Source: Cyanobium sp. CZS25K (lineage in GTDB: Bacteria; Cyanobacteriota; Cyanobacteriia; PCC-6307; Cyanobiaceae). From it: 64,000 nt of DNA. The stretch spans positions 60,661 to 124,660 of the forward strand of contig JAUCZB010000003.1 in assembly GCA_030373325.1 (NCBI GenBank), read 5' to 3'. A model generated the notes under the pieces. That model did no database searches and was not told where the DNA came from. It saw only the letters and a program-made list of their open reading frames with translations. Positions 1 to 10,595 of the stretch are shown piece by piece. How positions within the stretch are numbered: position 1 is the stretch's first letter; each line of letters opens with the position of its first letter. A program made the translations under genes and the position numbers.

Positions 1-473
1 CCGGCGTGGTGGTGGGTCTGCGTCTCGATGCCGCGGCCACCCAGCTCGACGAGCTGATCCGCCAGCTGGCCATGCTGGCCATCACGGTGCTGTTCCCCCT
101 GCTGGCCGCCGATGTCTCCTGGGCGGAACTGAGTCCCCTCGGCCTGGGCGGTCTGGGCTGCGTGCTGGCCCTGATGCTGGCGCGCTGGCCGTTGATCCAG
201 CTGACAGGCCTCGGTCTGCCCAGCCTCGACTGGAAGGAGAAGGCGCTGCTCAGCTGGATCGCCCCGCGGGGCATCGTCACCGCGGCGGTGGTGAGCCTCT
301 TCGCCCTCGAACTCGACCGGGCCGAGGTCGCCGGCGGCGGTGTCCTCAAGGGTCTGGTCTTCCTGACCATCCTGATGACCGTGGGCCTGCAGGGGTTCTC
401 CGCCCCCTTGCTGGTGCGTCGGCTGGGGCTCGCCCAGCCCGAGGTGGCGGCGGAACCGGCCCAGGCCAGCTGA
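1..473 (+). CDS. Cation:proton antiporter (NhaP/CPA1 family), 3' part only
   Basis: Hydrophobic helices and the CPA1 motif 'WIAPRGIVTAAVVSLF...TVGLQG'; the frame is open from the window edge. Confidence 0.85.
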   Translation, partial: GVVVGLRLDAAATQLDELIRQLAMLAITVLFPLLAADVSWAELSPLGLGGLGCVLALMLARWPLIQLTGLGLPSLDWKEKALLSWIAPRGIVTAAVVSLFALELDRAEVAGGGVLKGLVFLTILMTVGLQGFSAPLLVRRLGLAQPEVAAEPAQAS

Positions 474-549
474 GCACCCGGCTGGTGGCAGGATTTCTCC
501 TTCGCCCGCCGTGCAACCCATGGGTGCCAAGGCCAGGGGCCCAGCGCCG

Positions 550-1575
550 ATGGTCCGGCAGGACCCCGAGCTGGCCCTCGCCCGTGGTGGCTGGGTGAAG
601 CTGATCGCCGGGGCCAGCAACCAGGATCTGGCCGCCATCGAGGATCTGGCAGGCATCCATGCCCTGGCCGGGGTGCATTGCATCGATGTGGCTGCCGATC
701 CGGCCGTGGTGGCCGCCGCCCGGCGCGGCATGGACTGGGCGGGGACCCATGGCGCCCGGCGCCCCTGGTTGATGGTGAGCCTCAGTGACGGCATCGACCC
801 CCACTTCCGCAAGGCCTGGTTCGATCCACGCCGCTGCCCGCCGTCCTGCCCCAGGCCCTGCGAGCGGGTCTGCCCCGCCCTGGCCATCGGCGGCCGGGGG
901 GTGGAAGCGGCCCGCTGCTACGGCTGCGGCCGCTGCCTGCCCGCCTGCCCGCTGGGGCTGATCGAGGAGCGCAGCCAGGTGCTGGCGCCGGCCGCCGTGG
1001 GGGATCTGCTGGCGGAGCTCGCCCCTGATGCAGTGGAGCTGCACACCCGGCCGGGACGGCTGGAGGCCTTCGCTGAACGGGTCGCGCAGCTGGTCGCCAG
1101 TGGGGTGGATCTGCACCGGGTGGCGGTGAGTGCCGGCCTGGAGGGGGGTGCCACGGCCGACGGGCTGGCGGCGGAGCTGTGGCAGCGTTTTCGCCTGTTG
1201 CGGGGGGCCGGCTTCCGGCCGCTCTGGCAGCTGGACGGGCGGCCGATGAGCGGCGATGTGGGGGCCGGCACGGCCCATGCGGCGGTGGGACTGCTGGAAC
1301 GGCTGGGTCCGCTGGCGCCCCCGGGCCCGCTGCAGCTGGCCGGTGGCACCAACGCCCACACCATGGCCGTCCTGGCGCGCTCCCCTGCCGCCAGGCGCCA
1401 CGCCGCCGGAGTGGGCTTCGGCGGCGTGGCCCGCCGGCAGCTGCAGCCCCTGCTGCAGGAGGCCGAGGCGGAGGGACGCCGGCTGCTGGACGTCCCCCGG
1501 CTCTGGCCCCGGGCCCTGGCCATCGCCGAGGCGCTGGTGGCCCCCTGGCTGGCCCGTGCTGCCGGCGGCCGCTGA
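550..1575 (+). CDS. ldpA: LdpA, circadian-input 4Fe-4S protein
   Basis: N-terminal 'WVKLIAGASNQD', two Cys clusters (CPPSCPRPCERVCP; CYGCGRCLPACP) and 'QLDGRPMSGD'; start could be 511-550. Confidence 0.9.
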   Translation: MVRQDPELALARGGWVKLIAGASNQDLAAIEDLAGIHALAGVHCIDVAADPAVVAAARRGMDWAGTHGARRPWLMVSLSDGIDPHFRKAWFDPRRCPPSCPRPCERVCPALAIGGRGVEAARCYGCGRCLPACPLGLIEERSQVLAPAAVGDLLAELAPDAVELHTRPGRLEAFAERVAQLVASGVDLHRVAVSAGLEGGATADGLAAELWQRFRLLRGAGFRPLWQLDGRPMSGDVGAGTAHAAVGLLERLGPLAPPGPLQLAGGTNAHTMAVLARSPAARRHAAGVGFGGVARRQLQPLLQEAEAEGRRLLDVPRLWPRALAIAEALVAPWLARAAGGR

Positions 1576-1593
1576 GGTCTGGCAGGCCTGACG

Positions 1594-3312
1594 TTGGGCT
1601 GGCATCAGGTCCGGCTAGAACGAAGGCACTGCTCCCCCCGGCCCCCCCTGGAGCCTTCGCCCCCCCCTTCCCTCTCCCCCCAGCGGGTCACCGACGACCT
1701 GGATCGTCTGCTGGCCGTGCTGCCGCCGGAGGTGCAGCGGGCCTTGGCGGGGCAGGAGCAGCGGGAGGGGCTGCTGGAGGTGGTGCTGGATCTGGGCCGG
1801 GTGCCGGAGGCCCGCTATCCCGGACGCGTGCTGGCCCTGGGAAGCGACGCGATCGAGCGCTCCGACCTGGCGGCCGTGCTGGAGCGGCTGGGCCCCTTCG
1901 GCGGCGACAACCGGGCCGGCATCGAGCGCACGCTGCACCGCATCAGCGCCATCCGCAACCGCACCGGCGACGTGGTGGGCCTCACCTGCCGGGTGGGCCG
2001 GGCGGTGTTCGGCACCGTGGCGATGGTGCGCGACCTGCTGGACACGGGGCAGTCGCTGCTGCTGATGGGCCGTCCCGGGGTGGGCAAAACCACGGCCCTG
2101 CGGGAGATCGCCCGGGTGCTCGCCGACGACCTGCAGCGGCGGGTGGTGGTGATCGACACCAGCAACGAGATCGCCGGCGACGGCGACATCCCCCATCCGG
2201 CGATCGGTCGGGCCCGGCGCATGCAGGTGGCGCGGCCGGAGCTGCAGCACCAGGTGATGATCGAGGCGGTGGAGAACCACATGCCCGAGGTCATCGTGAT
2301 CGATGAGATCGGCACCGAACTGGAGGCCCAGGCGGCCCGCACCATTGCCGAACGGGGCGTGATGCTGGTGGCCACGGCCCACGGCAACGAACTGGCCAAC
2401 CTGATCCGCAACCCCACCCTCAGCGATCTGGTGGGCGGGATTCAGTCGGTGACCCTGGGGGATGAGGAGGCCCGCCGCCGCCGCACCCAGAAGACCGTGC
2501 TGGAACGGGCGGCCGAGCCCACCTTCCCCCTGGCGGTGGAGATGCACAGCCGCCATCGCTGGCTCGTGCATCGCGATGTGGCCGGCACCGTGGACCTGCT
2601 GCTGCGCGGCCAGCCCACCCACCCCCAGGCGCGGGAGCTCGGCATGGACGGCCGCCTGGTGCTGCGCGACGACGGCCCCGTCCGCCCTGCCCCAGCGCCC
2701 GCCTGGGCCACGGCCCCGTCCCCCCGGCGCCCCGCAGCAGCCCCCCTGGCGATGGTTCCCCTGCCCGATCCGGCGGCGCCGGCGCTGCGGGTCTACGGGG
2801 TCGGTCTGGCGGTCCAGCAGCTGGAGGAGGCCGTGCGCCGCCGCCAGCTGCCGGTGCAGGTGGTGGAGGAGCCGGAACAGGCCGATGCCGTGCTGAGCGT
2901 GCGCGGCCAGCTGGGGCGCGACCCGGAGCTGCGTCGCCAGGCCCGCGATCTCGGCCTGCCGATCCTGGTGATCAAGTCGGACACCCCCCACCAGTTGCAG
3001 CGGGCCATGGAGCGGTTGCTGGAGCGGCGTCAGGGGGGAGGCGCCGAGGCTGTTCCGTCCGATCCGCACGACCCCGCCGGCCTGACAGCTGCCGGCGTCG
3101 ACCCGGGCCGTCTCGATGACGCCCTTGCCGCCCTGGAGGAATGCCGGCTGGCGGTGGAGCAGGTGGTGCTGCCCCATGGCCGGCCGGTGGAGCTGCTGCC
3201 CCGCAGCGAAGCCGTGCGGGCCATGCAGGCCGAGCTGGTGCATCATTACCGGCTGCGCAGTGCCGTGTTCGGGCGCGGACGTCAGCAACGGCTGCGTGTC
3301 TTTCCCGCCTGA
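1594..3312 (+). CDS. Ycf45/SpoIIIAA-like AAA ATPase with C-terminal R3H-like domain
   Basis: Walker A GRPGVGKT, 'VIVIDEIG', C-terminal 'VELLPRSEAVRAMQAELV'; start uncertain. Confidence 0.85.
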   Translation: MGWHQVRLERRHCSPRPPLEPSPPPSLSPQRVTDDLDRLLAVLPPEVQRALAGQEQREGLLEVVLDLGRVPEARYPGRVLALGSDAIERSDLAAVLERLGPFGGDNRAGIERTLHRISAIRNRTGDVVGLTCRVGRAVFGTVAMVRDLLDTGQSLLLMGRPGVGKTTALREIARVLADDLQRRVVVIDTSNEIAGDGDIPHPAIGRARRMQVARPELQHQVMIEAVENHMPEVIVIDEIGTELEAQAARTIAERGVMLVATAHGNELANLIRNPTLSDLVGGIQSVTLGDEEARRRRTQKTVLERAAEPTFPLAVEMHSRHRWLVHRDVAGTVDLLLRGQPTHPQARELGMDGRLVLRDDGPVRPAPAPAWATAPSPRRPAAAPLAMVPLPDPAAPALRVYGVGLAVQQLEEAVRRRQLPVQVVEEPEQADAVLSVRGQLGRDPELRRQARDLGLPILVIKSDTPHQLQRAMERLLERRQGGGAEAVPSDPHDPAGLTAAGVDPGRLDDALAALEECRLAVEQVVLPHGRPVELLPRSEAVRAMQAELVHHYRLRSAVFGRGRQQRLRVFPA

Positions 3313-3425
3313 AGCGTCCTGTCGCCAGGGTGGATGCGGGCGAGTTGACGAAGGACCAGCCGCTGTGGGTAACTAGCAAGGCGCCGGTTCCGGATCGGCG
3401 TCATTCCCATTCCCTTGGGCTTGAT

Positions 3426-3497
3426 TGGGCCGTCGCCAAGCGGTAAGGCATCGGGTTTTGGTCCCGACATTCCTAGGTTCGAATCCTAGCGGCCCAG
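3426..3497 (+). tRNA. trnQ: tRNA-Gln (anticodon TTG)
   Basis: 72-nt cloverleaf: acceptor TGGGCCG/CGGCCCA, anticodon stem TCGGG/CCCGA with loop TT-TTG-GT, T-loop GGTTCGAATCC; CCA not encoded; T-run follows. Confidence 0.97.
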
Positions 3498-3518
3498 TTT
3501 TTTCTCCCTTCTGCACCG

Positions 3519-4313
3519 GTGCCTGAACGCCCTCTGCTGGTGTTCGATTTCGATGGCGTGCTGGTGGACGGCATGGCCGAATACTGGTGGTCGGCCCGGC
3601 GGGCGGCCCTGGCCCTGGCGGCCGGGGGTTGCGCCAGTGGTGCCGCCATCCCCCCGTTGCACCTGCCGGAGCAGGCGCCGGCGGGTTTCGCCCGGCTGCG
3701 GCCCCTGATCCACAAGGGCTGGGAGATGGTGCTGATGGCCGCCGAGCTGGGACGGCCCGGGTTCGATCTGGCCGCTGCCCTGGCCGATTACGACCGCTTC
3801 CTGGCCCTGGCGCTGGCGCGCTGGGGCTGGAGCACCGAGCAGCTCCAGCAGGCGCTTGAGGGTCTGCGGCAGGAGGCCATCGCCACCGACCTCGACGCCT
3901 GGCTGGCCCTGCACCGCTTCTACCCCGGCGTACAGGCGCGCCTGGGCCGGCTGGCGGCGGAGGGGGCCGACTGGGCGGTGCTGACCACCAAGGGCGGGGC
4001 CTTCGCCGCCCGTCTGCTGGCCGCCGCCGGCCTCACCCCCCTGGCCCTGTTCGGCCACGAGCAGGGCAGCAAGCCGTCGGTGCTGGGGCGCCTGCTGGCC
4101 GAGCGCGATCCGCTGGAGCGGCCCCTGTGGTTCGTCGAGGACCGGCGCCCCACCCTGGAGCTGGTGCGGCGGACCCCCGGGCTGGAGGCGGTGCGCTGCT
4201 ACCTGGTGTCGTGGGGGTACCTGGGCCCGGGGGACGGGGATGGGCTGGCCCCCCTGGGGATCCGCTGGCTGGAGCCAACCGGTTTCGAGGCCCCCCTGGC
4301 GTTCTGGCCATGA
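3519..4313 (+). CDS. HAD-family hydrolase
   Basis: Motif I 'FDFDGVLVDG', plus 'VLTTK' and 'FVEDR'. Confidence 0.85.
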   Translation: MPERPLLVFDFDGVLVDGMAEYWWSARRAALALAAGGCASGAAIPPLHLPEQAPAGFARLRPLIHKGWEMVLMAAELGRPGFDLAAALADYDRFLALALARWGWSTEQLQQALEGLRQEAIATDLDAWLALHRFYPGVQARLGRLAAEGADWAVLTTKGGAFAARLLAAAGLTPLALFGHEQGSKPSVLGRLLAERDPLERPLWFVEDRRPTLELVRRTPGLEAVRCYLVSWGYLGPGDGDGLAPLGIRWLEPTGFEAPLAFWP

Positions 4314-4321
4314 GCCGCTAG

Positions 4322-4335
4322 AGTACGCCCGTACT
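4322..4335. promoter_or_regulatory. Cyanobacterial LexA-type SOS box upstream of recA
   Basis: Palindrome AGTAC-GCCC-GTACT about 140 nt before the recA ATG; fits the AGTAC-N4-GTACT cyanobacterial LexA pattern. Confidence 0.75.
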
Positions 4336-4475
4336 ACAGATTGATACGCCGGTCTCTCCGGGTGGCACTGGTTGTCCAGAGGTCGCAGGATGGCGCCCGG
4401 TTCCGGCCCCCTTTCCCATTCCCCCGCCTGCACGGCTCCAGCCTGCTGCGGCCCGTTCCATCACCCACCCCCACC

Positions 4476-5669
4476 ATGCCTGCCGATTCCAGGGCCGCTG
4501 CCTCCTCCAGCTCCCCTTCCCCGTCCACCTCCTATGTCTCCGCCGCGGCCCCCGGCGGCGACCCCAAGGCCGCCGCGGAGCGCGACAAGGCCCTGGGTCT
4601 GGTGCTCAACCAGATCGAGCGCAATTTCGGCAAGGGTTCGATCATGCGGCTGGGGGATGCCTCCCGCATGCGGGTGGAAACGGTCCCCACCGGGGCGCTC
4701 ACCCTCGATCTGGCCCTCGGCGGCGGCTACCCCAAGGGTCGGGTGGTGGAGGTCTACGGGCCCGAGAGCTCCGGTAAGACCACCCTCACCCTGCATGCCA
4801 TCGCCGAGGTCCAGAAGCGTGGCGGTGTGGCGGCCTTCGTCGATGCGGAGCATGCCCTCGATCCGGTCTATGCCGCCTCCCTGGGGGTCGACATCGAGAA
4901 CCTGCTGGTCTCCCAGCCGGACACCGGCGAGATGGCCCTGGAGATCGTCGACCAGCTGGTGCGGTCCGCCGCCGTCGACATCGTCGTCGTCGACTCGGTG
5001 GCGGCCCTGACGCCCCGGGCCGAGATCGAGGGGGAGATGGGCGATCTGGCGGTGGGCAGCCAGGCCCGGCTGATGAGCCAGGCCATGCGCAAGATCACCG
5101 GCAACATCGGTAAATCCGGCTGCACGGTGATCTTCCTCAACCAGCTGCGCCAGAAGATCGGTGTCACCTACGGCAACCCGGAAACCACCACCGGTGGCAA
5201 CGCCCTCAAGTTCTATGCCTCGGTGCGGCTCGACATCCGTCGCATCCAGACCCTCAAGCGCGGTACCGAGGAGTACGGCATCCGGGCCAAGGTGAAGGTG
5301 GCCAAGAACAAGGTGGCGCCTCCTTTCCGCATCGCCGAGTTCGACATCCTCTTCGGCCGTGGCATCAGCACCCTGGGCTGTCTGCTGGATCTGGCGGAAG
5401 AGACGGGTGTGGTCACCCGCAAGGGAGCCTGGTACAGCTACGAGGGCGACAACATCGGCCAGGGCCGCGACAACACGATCGCCTGGCTGGAACAGAACCC
5501 CGAGCCGAAGGAGGTGATCGAGAAACTCACCCGCCAGAAGCTCACCGAGGGTTCCGAGGTCACGGCTAACTCCATGAAACCCCTGGCGGCCGCAGCCAAG
5601 CTGGCGGCCGCCAAGCCCCAGGCCGGTGCGGATGGCGCCGACCTGGAGGAGCTGCCCGCCGCCGGCTGA
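4476..5669 (+). CDS. recA: Recombinase RecA
   Basis: 'GPESSGKTT', '[10 protein letters not shown]', '[17 protein letters not shown]'; ATG 4476 preferred over TTG 4341. Confidence 0.98.
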   Translation: MPADSRAAASSSSPSPSTSYVSAAAPGGDPKAAAERDKALGLVLNQIERNFGKGSIMRLGDASRMRVETVPTGALTLDLALGGGYPKGRVVEVYGPESSGKTTLTLHAIAEVQKRGGVAAFVDAEHALDPVYAASLGVDIENLLVSQPDTGEMALEIVDQLVRSAAVDIVVVDSVAALTPRAEIEGEMGDLAVGSQARLMSQAMRKITGNIGKSGCTVIFLNQLRQKIGVTYGNPETTTGGNALKFYASVRLDIRRIQTLKRGTEEYGIRAKVKVAKNKVAPPFRIAEFDILFGRGISTLGCLLDLAEETGVVTRKGAWYSYEGDNIGQGRDNTIAWLEQNPEPKEVIEKLTRQKLTEGSEVTANSMKPLAAAAKLAAAKPQAGADGADLEELPAAG

Positions 5670-5706
5670 TCCAGGAGCCCCCAGGACCGGGCGTGGCCGG
5701 CGCTGC

Positions 5707-6072
5707 TCAGGGCTGCGCCGGCACCACGGGGCCGGTGGCTATCGGCGCGGCCGCGGCCGGCTCGTCCGTGGGCTGCAGCACCAGCACCACCCGCTGCAGT
5801 TCCTGGATGGCGTCGGCGCCCTCCAGCTTCACCAGCTCCTGGCCATGGCGGGATTCCACCCAGCTGATGCCGAAATCGGACACCAGCAGCCGCACCATGT
5901 GGTTATCGCCCAGATCGGCGACGAAGGAGGCTCCGTGGCCGTCACGGCCGTCGCCGCAGGTGTAGCAGCTGGCCACATGGCCCTGTTTCCGCAGAGAAAC
6001 GGCCAGGGCCTGGAGGCTCAGGATCAGATCCTCAACGGCCGAGCGGTACTGCTCGGCCAGCCGGAGAAACAT
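5707..6072 (-). CDS. DUF1815-family cyanobacterial protein
   Basis: 'MFLRLAEQYR...ASCYTCG...RLLVSDFGISW', the usual neighbour of recA. Confidence 0.75.
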   Translation of the reverse strand: MFLRLAEQYRSAVEDLILSLQALAVSLRKQGHVASCYTCGDGRDGHGASFVADLGDNHMVRLLVSDFGISWVESRHGQELVKLEGADAIQELQRVVLVLQPTDEPAAAAPIATGPVVPAQP

Positions 6073-6181
6073 GGGTCGTGTCCATCATGATCCCCGGATC
6101 ATAAGGATTTCTTCCGATTCTCGCTAGGTGCAAATGCTCAGATGTGGAGACCGGCACCCCGTCCTTCGTGGCGGCGGGACC

Positions 6182-6433
6182 TCAGCCGTCGGACAGGGTC
6201 CACCAGCCGGCCGCCGGACCGATGAAGCGCACGGTGACCCAGAACAGCGCCAGGGCGCCGATGCCGATCCAGGCGCCCTTGGTGGTGATCGCCACGAAGC
6301 GGGACGCCTGGTTGCGGGTCAGGGGCAGCCAGTCGACGATCCGAGGCGAGGTGTCGACCTCCTTGGCCTTGCTGACGCGCGGCTTGTCGCGGGGCGGCAG
6401 GCCCTGTTCGGCCCGGCGTTTGGCTTCGCCCAT
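6182..6433 (-). CDS. DUF2839-family small membrane protein
   Basis: 'MGEAKRR...WLPLT...GAWIGIG...VRFIGPAAGWW'. Confidence 0.8.
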   Translation of the reverse strand: MGEAKRRAEQGLPPRDKPRVSKAKEVDTSPRIVDWLPLTRNQASRFVAITTKGAWIGIGALALFWVTVRFIGPAAGWWTLSDG

Positions 6434-6461
6434 CAGGGTTTCAGTGGCAACTGGGGGCAGG

Positions 6462-7919
6462 CTAGGAGTCCGGCCGCAGCCGGGTCAGGGCCACCCAGGG
6501 CTCGAGGGCGGTGAACACCAGCCGCCCCCAGCTGCGGCCGCGCAGCCGGCCATCCAGCACCGCCAGCCGACCGCCGCTGCGCCGCAGGCCGGCCACCCCC
6601 CGCTGCAGCCGGTTGAGGGCCTCCGGCAGCAGCAGTTCCCGGAACCAGTCCCGGCCCTGCTGGCGCAGCACCCCGACCCGGGCCGCCGTGAGGGGATCCT
6701 CCAGGCTGGCGATCGGCAGCAGGCCCACCACCACCTGGCAGGGCAGGGGCAGCCGCGGCTGATGCTCCAGCCACCAGCTCCAGCTGCAGCACACCACCCC
6801 GTTGCTCTCCGGGGCCATGTTCTGGTGGCTCACCCGACTGCCGAATTCGGCGGCCAGGCCGCTGGCCAGGCCCAGGCACAGGGTCGGATCCTCGATCAGC
6901 ACCACCGTCAGGCCGCTCTGGCCGAGCACCAGCCGCCGGCCCTGCTCCAGCAGGTGCTCGGCGTAGTGGGGGCTGTTGGGCAGTGGCTGGCGCAGGGGGG
7001 CGAACAGGGGCAGGGGGTCGGAGAGGGGCGGATCGGCCAGATCCAGCACCACCTCCGGTTTGAGTCCCAGGGCGGCAGCGGAGCTGGGCTGGCCCTCCGC
7101 CGCCCGGCCGGTGGCCAGCTCACCGATCAGCACCGCCCCCCGTCCCACCAGCAGGCCGGCCAGTTCGCTCAGGGGTTCGAGGGGCTGGCGCAGCAGGTTC
7201 CACTGCAACAACGACGGCTCCACCCGGGCCCAGCTGCTCCAGCCCGCTCCGGCGTTCAGCCAGCGGGGCCAGGGATCCGGCAGGGGCTCCAGGAGCCGCA
7301 GCAGATGGCGCAGGGGCGCTTCGTCGTCGTCCGCCAGGGCCACCAGCCGGTGGGGGGAGCGCGGATGGGCCAGCACCCGGCGGCTGAGCCGTTCGTGCAG
7401 GCTCAGCAGACAGCCTTCGGCGCTGGGCTGGACGCGGCGCAGCAGATCCCAGTGGCGGGGTTCCAGTTCCACCTCCAGGGCCTGGCGCAGGGCGACTTCC
7501 AGCGTCTCGGCTTCGGGAATGACCAGCTGGCGCTCCCCCAGTTCGCCCTGGCGCCATGCCGTCACCAGCTCCCGGTGGTCGAGCAGCCAGAGACGGGTGC
7601 CGGCCGGTGCCCCGGGTCCCTCCCAGCAGGCCAGCTCCAGTCCCACGCTGCGCAGGCGCGGCCACTCCACCAGCAGCAACCGCTGGCGCAGGGCCGGGGT
7701 GACCACCAGGGCGAGCGGGGCCTCGCTGAGGGCCAGGGGAACCAGCAGGCTGATCCACCAGCTGGGGGCGGTGCCGGGGGCCAGGCGCACCAGGGTGTGA
7801 TCGGCGCGCCGCAGGCTGCGGGCCACCAGCCGGCTGAGGGTGAGGTGATGGGGCCAGCGTTCCACCCCCTCCCGCTGCAGGAGAGCCTTGAGGTGCTGGT
7901 GGGCGCGGGCTTCCAACAT
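6462..7919 (-). CDS. DinG/Rad3-like helicase C-terminal-domain protein (cyanobacterial)
   Basis: 'MLEARAHQHLKALL...WPHHLTLSRLVARSL', C-terminal 'AVLDGRLRGRSWG'; likely start is the ATG at 7919. Confidence 0.75.
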   Translation of the reverse strand: MLEARAHQHLKALLQREGVERWPHHLTLSRLVARSLRRADHTLVRLAPGTAPSWWISLLVPLALSEAPLALVVTPALRQRLLLVEWPRLRSVGLELACWEGPGAPAGTRLWLLDHRELVTAWRQGELGERQLVIPEAETLEVALRQALEVELEPRHWDLLRRVQPSAEGCLLSLHERLSRRVLAHPRSPHRLVALADDDEAPLRHLLRLLEPLPDPWPRWLNAGAGWSSWARVEPSLLQWNLLRQPLEPLSELAGLLVGRGAVLIGELATGRAAEGQPSSAAALGLKPEVVLDLADPPLSDPLPLFAPLRQPLPNSPHYAEHLLEQGRRLVLGQSGLTVVLIEDPTLCLGLASGLAAEFGSRVSHQNMAPESNGVVCCSWSWWLEHQPRLPLPCQVVVGLLPIASLEDPLTAARVGVLRQQGRDWFRELLLPEALNRLQRGVAGLRRSGGRLAVLDGRLRGRSWGRLVFTALEPWVALTRLRPDS

Positions 7920-7962
7920 CGCCGGATCGTAGGAAGCTGGCCCCAGCCGAACCGCAGCGACG

Positions 7963-8877
7963 ATGACACCCCTCTGGCAGCGCGAACCGGTGGGGGTGGT
8001 GGGCCTGGGGCTGATCGGGGGCTCGCTGGGGCTCGATCTGATCGCCGCAGGGGCCCGGGTGCACGCCCTGGTGCACCGGCCGGCCACCGCCGAGCGGGCC
8101 AGGGAGCGGGGACTGGCCAGCGCGGTGAGCACCGACCCGGCCGTGCTGCAGGGGTGCGGCCTGGTGGTGCTGGCCCTGCCCCTCGACCGGCTGCTGGATC
8201 CGGATCCGGCCCTGCTGGCGGCGCTGCCGGCCGCGGCGGTGATCACGGATGTGGGCTCGGTGAAGGGGCCGGTGCTGCGCCGCTGGCGGGAGTTGCTGCT
8301 GGCGGCAGCGGCGGCCGGCGGTGGGGGCCCTGATCCATCCCGATTCGTGGCCTCCCACCCGATGGCGGGCACCGCCCGGGCCGGGGTGGAGGCGGGGGAG
8401 ATCGGTCTGTTCCGGGACAGGCCCTGGGTGGCGACCCCGGTGGCGACCCCGGAGGCGAGCACCGATCCGGCGGCGCTGCAGGCCGTGCGGGAGCTGGCCG
8501 AAGCCCTCGGGGCGCGCTGGCTGTGCTGCGACGCGGAGGCCCATGACCGGGCCGTGGCCCTGATCTCCCATCTGCCGGTTCTGGTGGGGGCAGCCCTGTT
8601 GCAGGCGGCCGATGCGGGGGGCGGTGAGACGTGTGAGGGGGCCGATCTGGTGCGGGCCCTGGCCTCCAGCGGCTTCGCCGACACCACCCGCGTCGGCGGC
8701 GGCAATCCGGAGCTGGGGATGCTGATGGCGCGCGCCAACCGGGCGGCGCTGCTGGAGGCGCTGGGGCACTACCACCGCTCCCTGTCGTCCCTTGAAGCCA
8801 TGGTGGCGGGGGAGGAATGGGCGCCCCTGCAGCAGTCGCTGGCCCGCAGCGCGCTGCTGCGTCCCGACTTTCTCTGA
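7963..8877 (+). CDS. tyrA: Prephenate/arogenate dehydrogenase
   Basis: GLGLIGGS Rossmann motif, 'TDVGSVK', 'SHPMAG', 'HDRAVALISHLP', 'GFADTTRVGGGNP'. Confidence 0.93.
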   Translation: MTPLWQREPVGVVGLGLIGGSLGLDLIAAGARVHALVHRPATAERARERGLASAVSTDPAVLQGCGLVVLALPLDRLLDPDPALLAALPAAAVITDVGSVKGPVLRRWRELLLAAAAAGGGGPDPSRFVASHPMAGTARAGVEAGEIGLFRDRPWVATPVATPEASTDPAALQAVRELAEALGARWLCCDAEAHDRAVALISHLPVLVGAALLQAADAGGGETCEGADLVRALASSGFADTTRVGGGNPELGMLMARANRAALLEALGHYHRSLSSLEAMVAGEEWAPLQQSLARSALLRPDFL

Positions 8878-8927
8878 ACCCGTGATGCCGATAGGCTTTC
8901 TTTGACCTCGCTGTCGGTGGCCGGGCG

Positions 8928-10031
8928 ATGAAGACCAGGCCGCTGAGACCGTCACCACGCATCCGCGTCTCCGGCGCCATCCGTACCAGGAGAATCAGGC
9001 CAGGGTCTTCCCCCGGCACCGTCGTGTTCGTGGGGGAGCAGCGGCTGGCGAAGGTCCAGATCGATGTCATCCATTACGACCCCGTTGGCTGGTCCGAGCA
9101 GCTGGATGTCTCGGTGCGGGGCTGTGCCGATGTCGTACGCGAAGACAGCATCACCTGGATGAACGTCAGCGGCGTCCATGACGTCGACCTGGTGGAGCGA
9201 CTCGGGGAGTGCTTCGGCCTCCATCCGATGACGTTGGAGGACATCGCCAACACCACCCAGCGTCCCAAGGTGGAGGAGTTTCCCGGCTACATCTTCATGG
9301 TGTTGAAGATGATCGCCTTCAATGAGGAAAGCGAAAACATTGATATCGAACATGTGAGCGTGATCCTTGGAGATCATTTTGTGATCTCCTTTCTCGAGGA
9401 TGATGGCGATGTGTTCGATGGCGTGCGTGACCGCATCCGCTCCTCCGGGGGGCGAATCCGCCTGATGAAGTCTGACTACCTCGCCTACTCCCTTCTGGAT
9501 TCGGTTGTCGACCATTACTTCCTCGCCGTGGAGCGGATGGGCGACATCATTGAGGAAGTGGATGATCGGCTTCTGGAGGATCCCCACCCCGGAGACATCA
9601 AGGAGATCCATGGCCTCAAGAGATCCATTCTGAGCCTGCGCAAGGCCGTCTGGCCGATCCGCGAGGAGGTGGCCATGATCGTCAAGAGCGAGTCGCCCCT
9701 ACTGACGGGCGAGAGCCGGGTGTTCTGGCGCGATCTCTACGACCACTGCATCCAGATCATCGATCTGGTGGAAACCCACCGTGACATTCTCGGAGGCATG
9801 CACGACACCTATCTCTCGATCCTGAGCCATCGGATGAACGAGGTGATGAAGGTGTTGACGATCATCTCCACGATCTTCATCCCGCTCACCTTCATTGCTG
9901 GCGTGTATGGGATGAACTTCAAGGAGATGCCGGAGTTGCAGTGGCGGGGTGGATATTACTCGGTATGGGCTGTGATGATCATGATCAGCGTCAGCCTGTA
10001 TCTCTATTTCCGCCGCAAGCACTGGCTCTGA
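8928..10031 (+). CDS. corA: Mg2+/Co2+ transporter CorA
   Basis: 'YGMNF' signature and 'MPEL' loop between two C-terminal TM helices; GC lower than the flanks. Confidence 0.93.
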   Translation: MKTRPLRPSPRIRVSGAIRTRRIRPGSSPGTVVFVGEQRLAKVQIDVIHYDPVGWSEQLDVSVRGCADVVREDSITWMNVSGVHDVDLVERLGECFGLHPMTLEDIANTTQRPKVEEFPGYIFMVLKMIAFNEESENIDIEHVSVILGDHFVISFLEDDGDVFDGVRDRIRSSGGRIRLMKSDYLAYSLLDSVVDHYFLAVERMGDIIEEVDDRLLEDPHPGDIKEIHGLKRSILSLRKAVWPIREEVAMIVKSESPLLTGESRVFWRDLYDHCIQIIDLVETHRDILGGMHDTYLSILSHRMNEVMKVLTIISTIFIPLTFIAGVYGMNFKEMPELQWRGGYYSVWAVMIMISVSLYLYFRRKHWL

Positions 10032-10180
10032 GCCCCGCGGCGCTGCGGCCCCTGCTTGTGTAGCCATGGCCACCGACTTTGCCTTTTGTTTCTCTGCGCT
10101 ACGGAAGATTGCCCCTCGCTGCCGTCCATGGGCGGTGGCGCGGGCTGTTTCTAGCGTTGGTGAGGAATCGTTGAACGACC

Positions 10181-10579
10181 GTGAGTTTCCTGAGCGAAGC
10201 GATGCAGCTCCTGAAGGACGCCGGCGCTGCGGCGGGCCTTTCGGAAGGCGCCATGAAGTGCCATGCCGGCTGTTATCGGGAGAATCTGTCCCGCTGCAGC
10301 GATGCGATGCTGCAATACGAGTGGGTGTGGCTGCAGCAGCAGTTGCGGGCTCTGCGCGATGGCCAGGGCCATCCGGTGCTGATGGAACGGGTGGGGGGCG
10401 AGGAGCGGCTGCACGGGCTGGTGTCCCAGAGCGTGCTGTTCCAGCTGCTGCTGCAGAACGAATTCGCCAGGCGGGGCCTGGCGCCCGAGGCGGCCCGCGG
10501 GCCGGTCGTCGCGGCCGAGGAGGCCTGGGAAATCACCAGCGTGCAGGTGAAGCGGCAGTGGGGCATCCTGCCGAGCTGA
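10181..10579 (+). CDS. Hypothetical protein (132 aa)
   Basis: GC3-rich codon use; GAGGA about 15 nt upstream; ends 16 nt before the ATP-grasp start; no recognisable domain. Confidence 0.6.
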   Translation: MSFLSEAMQLLKDAGAAAGLSEGAMKCHAGCYRENLSRCSDAMLQYEWVWLQQQLRALRDGQGHPVLMERVGGEERLHGLVSQSVLFQLLLQNEFARRGLAPEAARGPVVAAEEAWEITSVQVKRQWGILPS

Positions 10580-10595
10580 GCCGCCCACGGCAGCC

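Noticed and set aside
3426-3520. tRNA-Gln as an integration site
   Set aside because: Core genes on both sides; no duplicated 3' end or integrase seen
4341-4475. Long N-terminal extensions of recA (also rplA, rplJ, pgk and the DinG-like gene) in the ORF track
   Set aside because: Artefacts of choosing the most upstream start; homology begins at later ATGs
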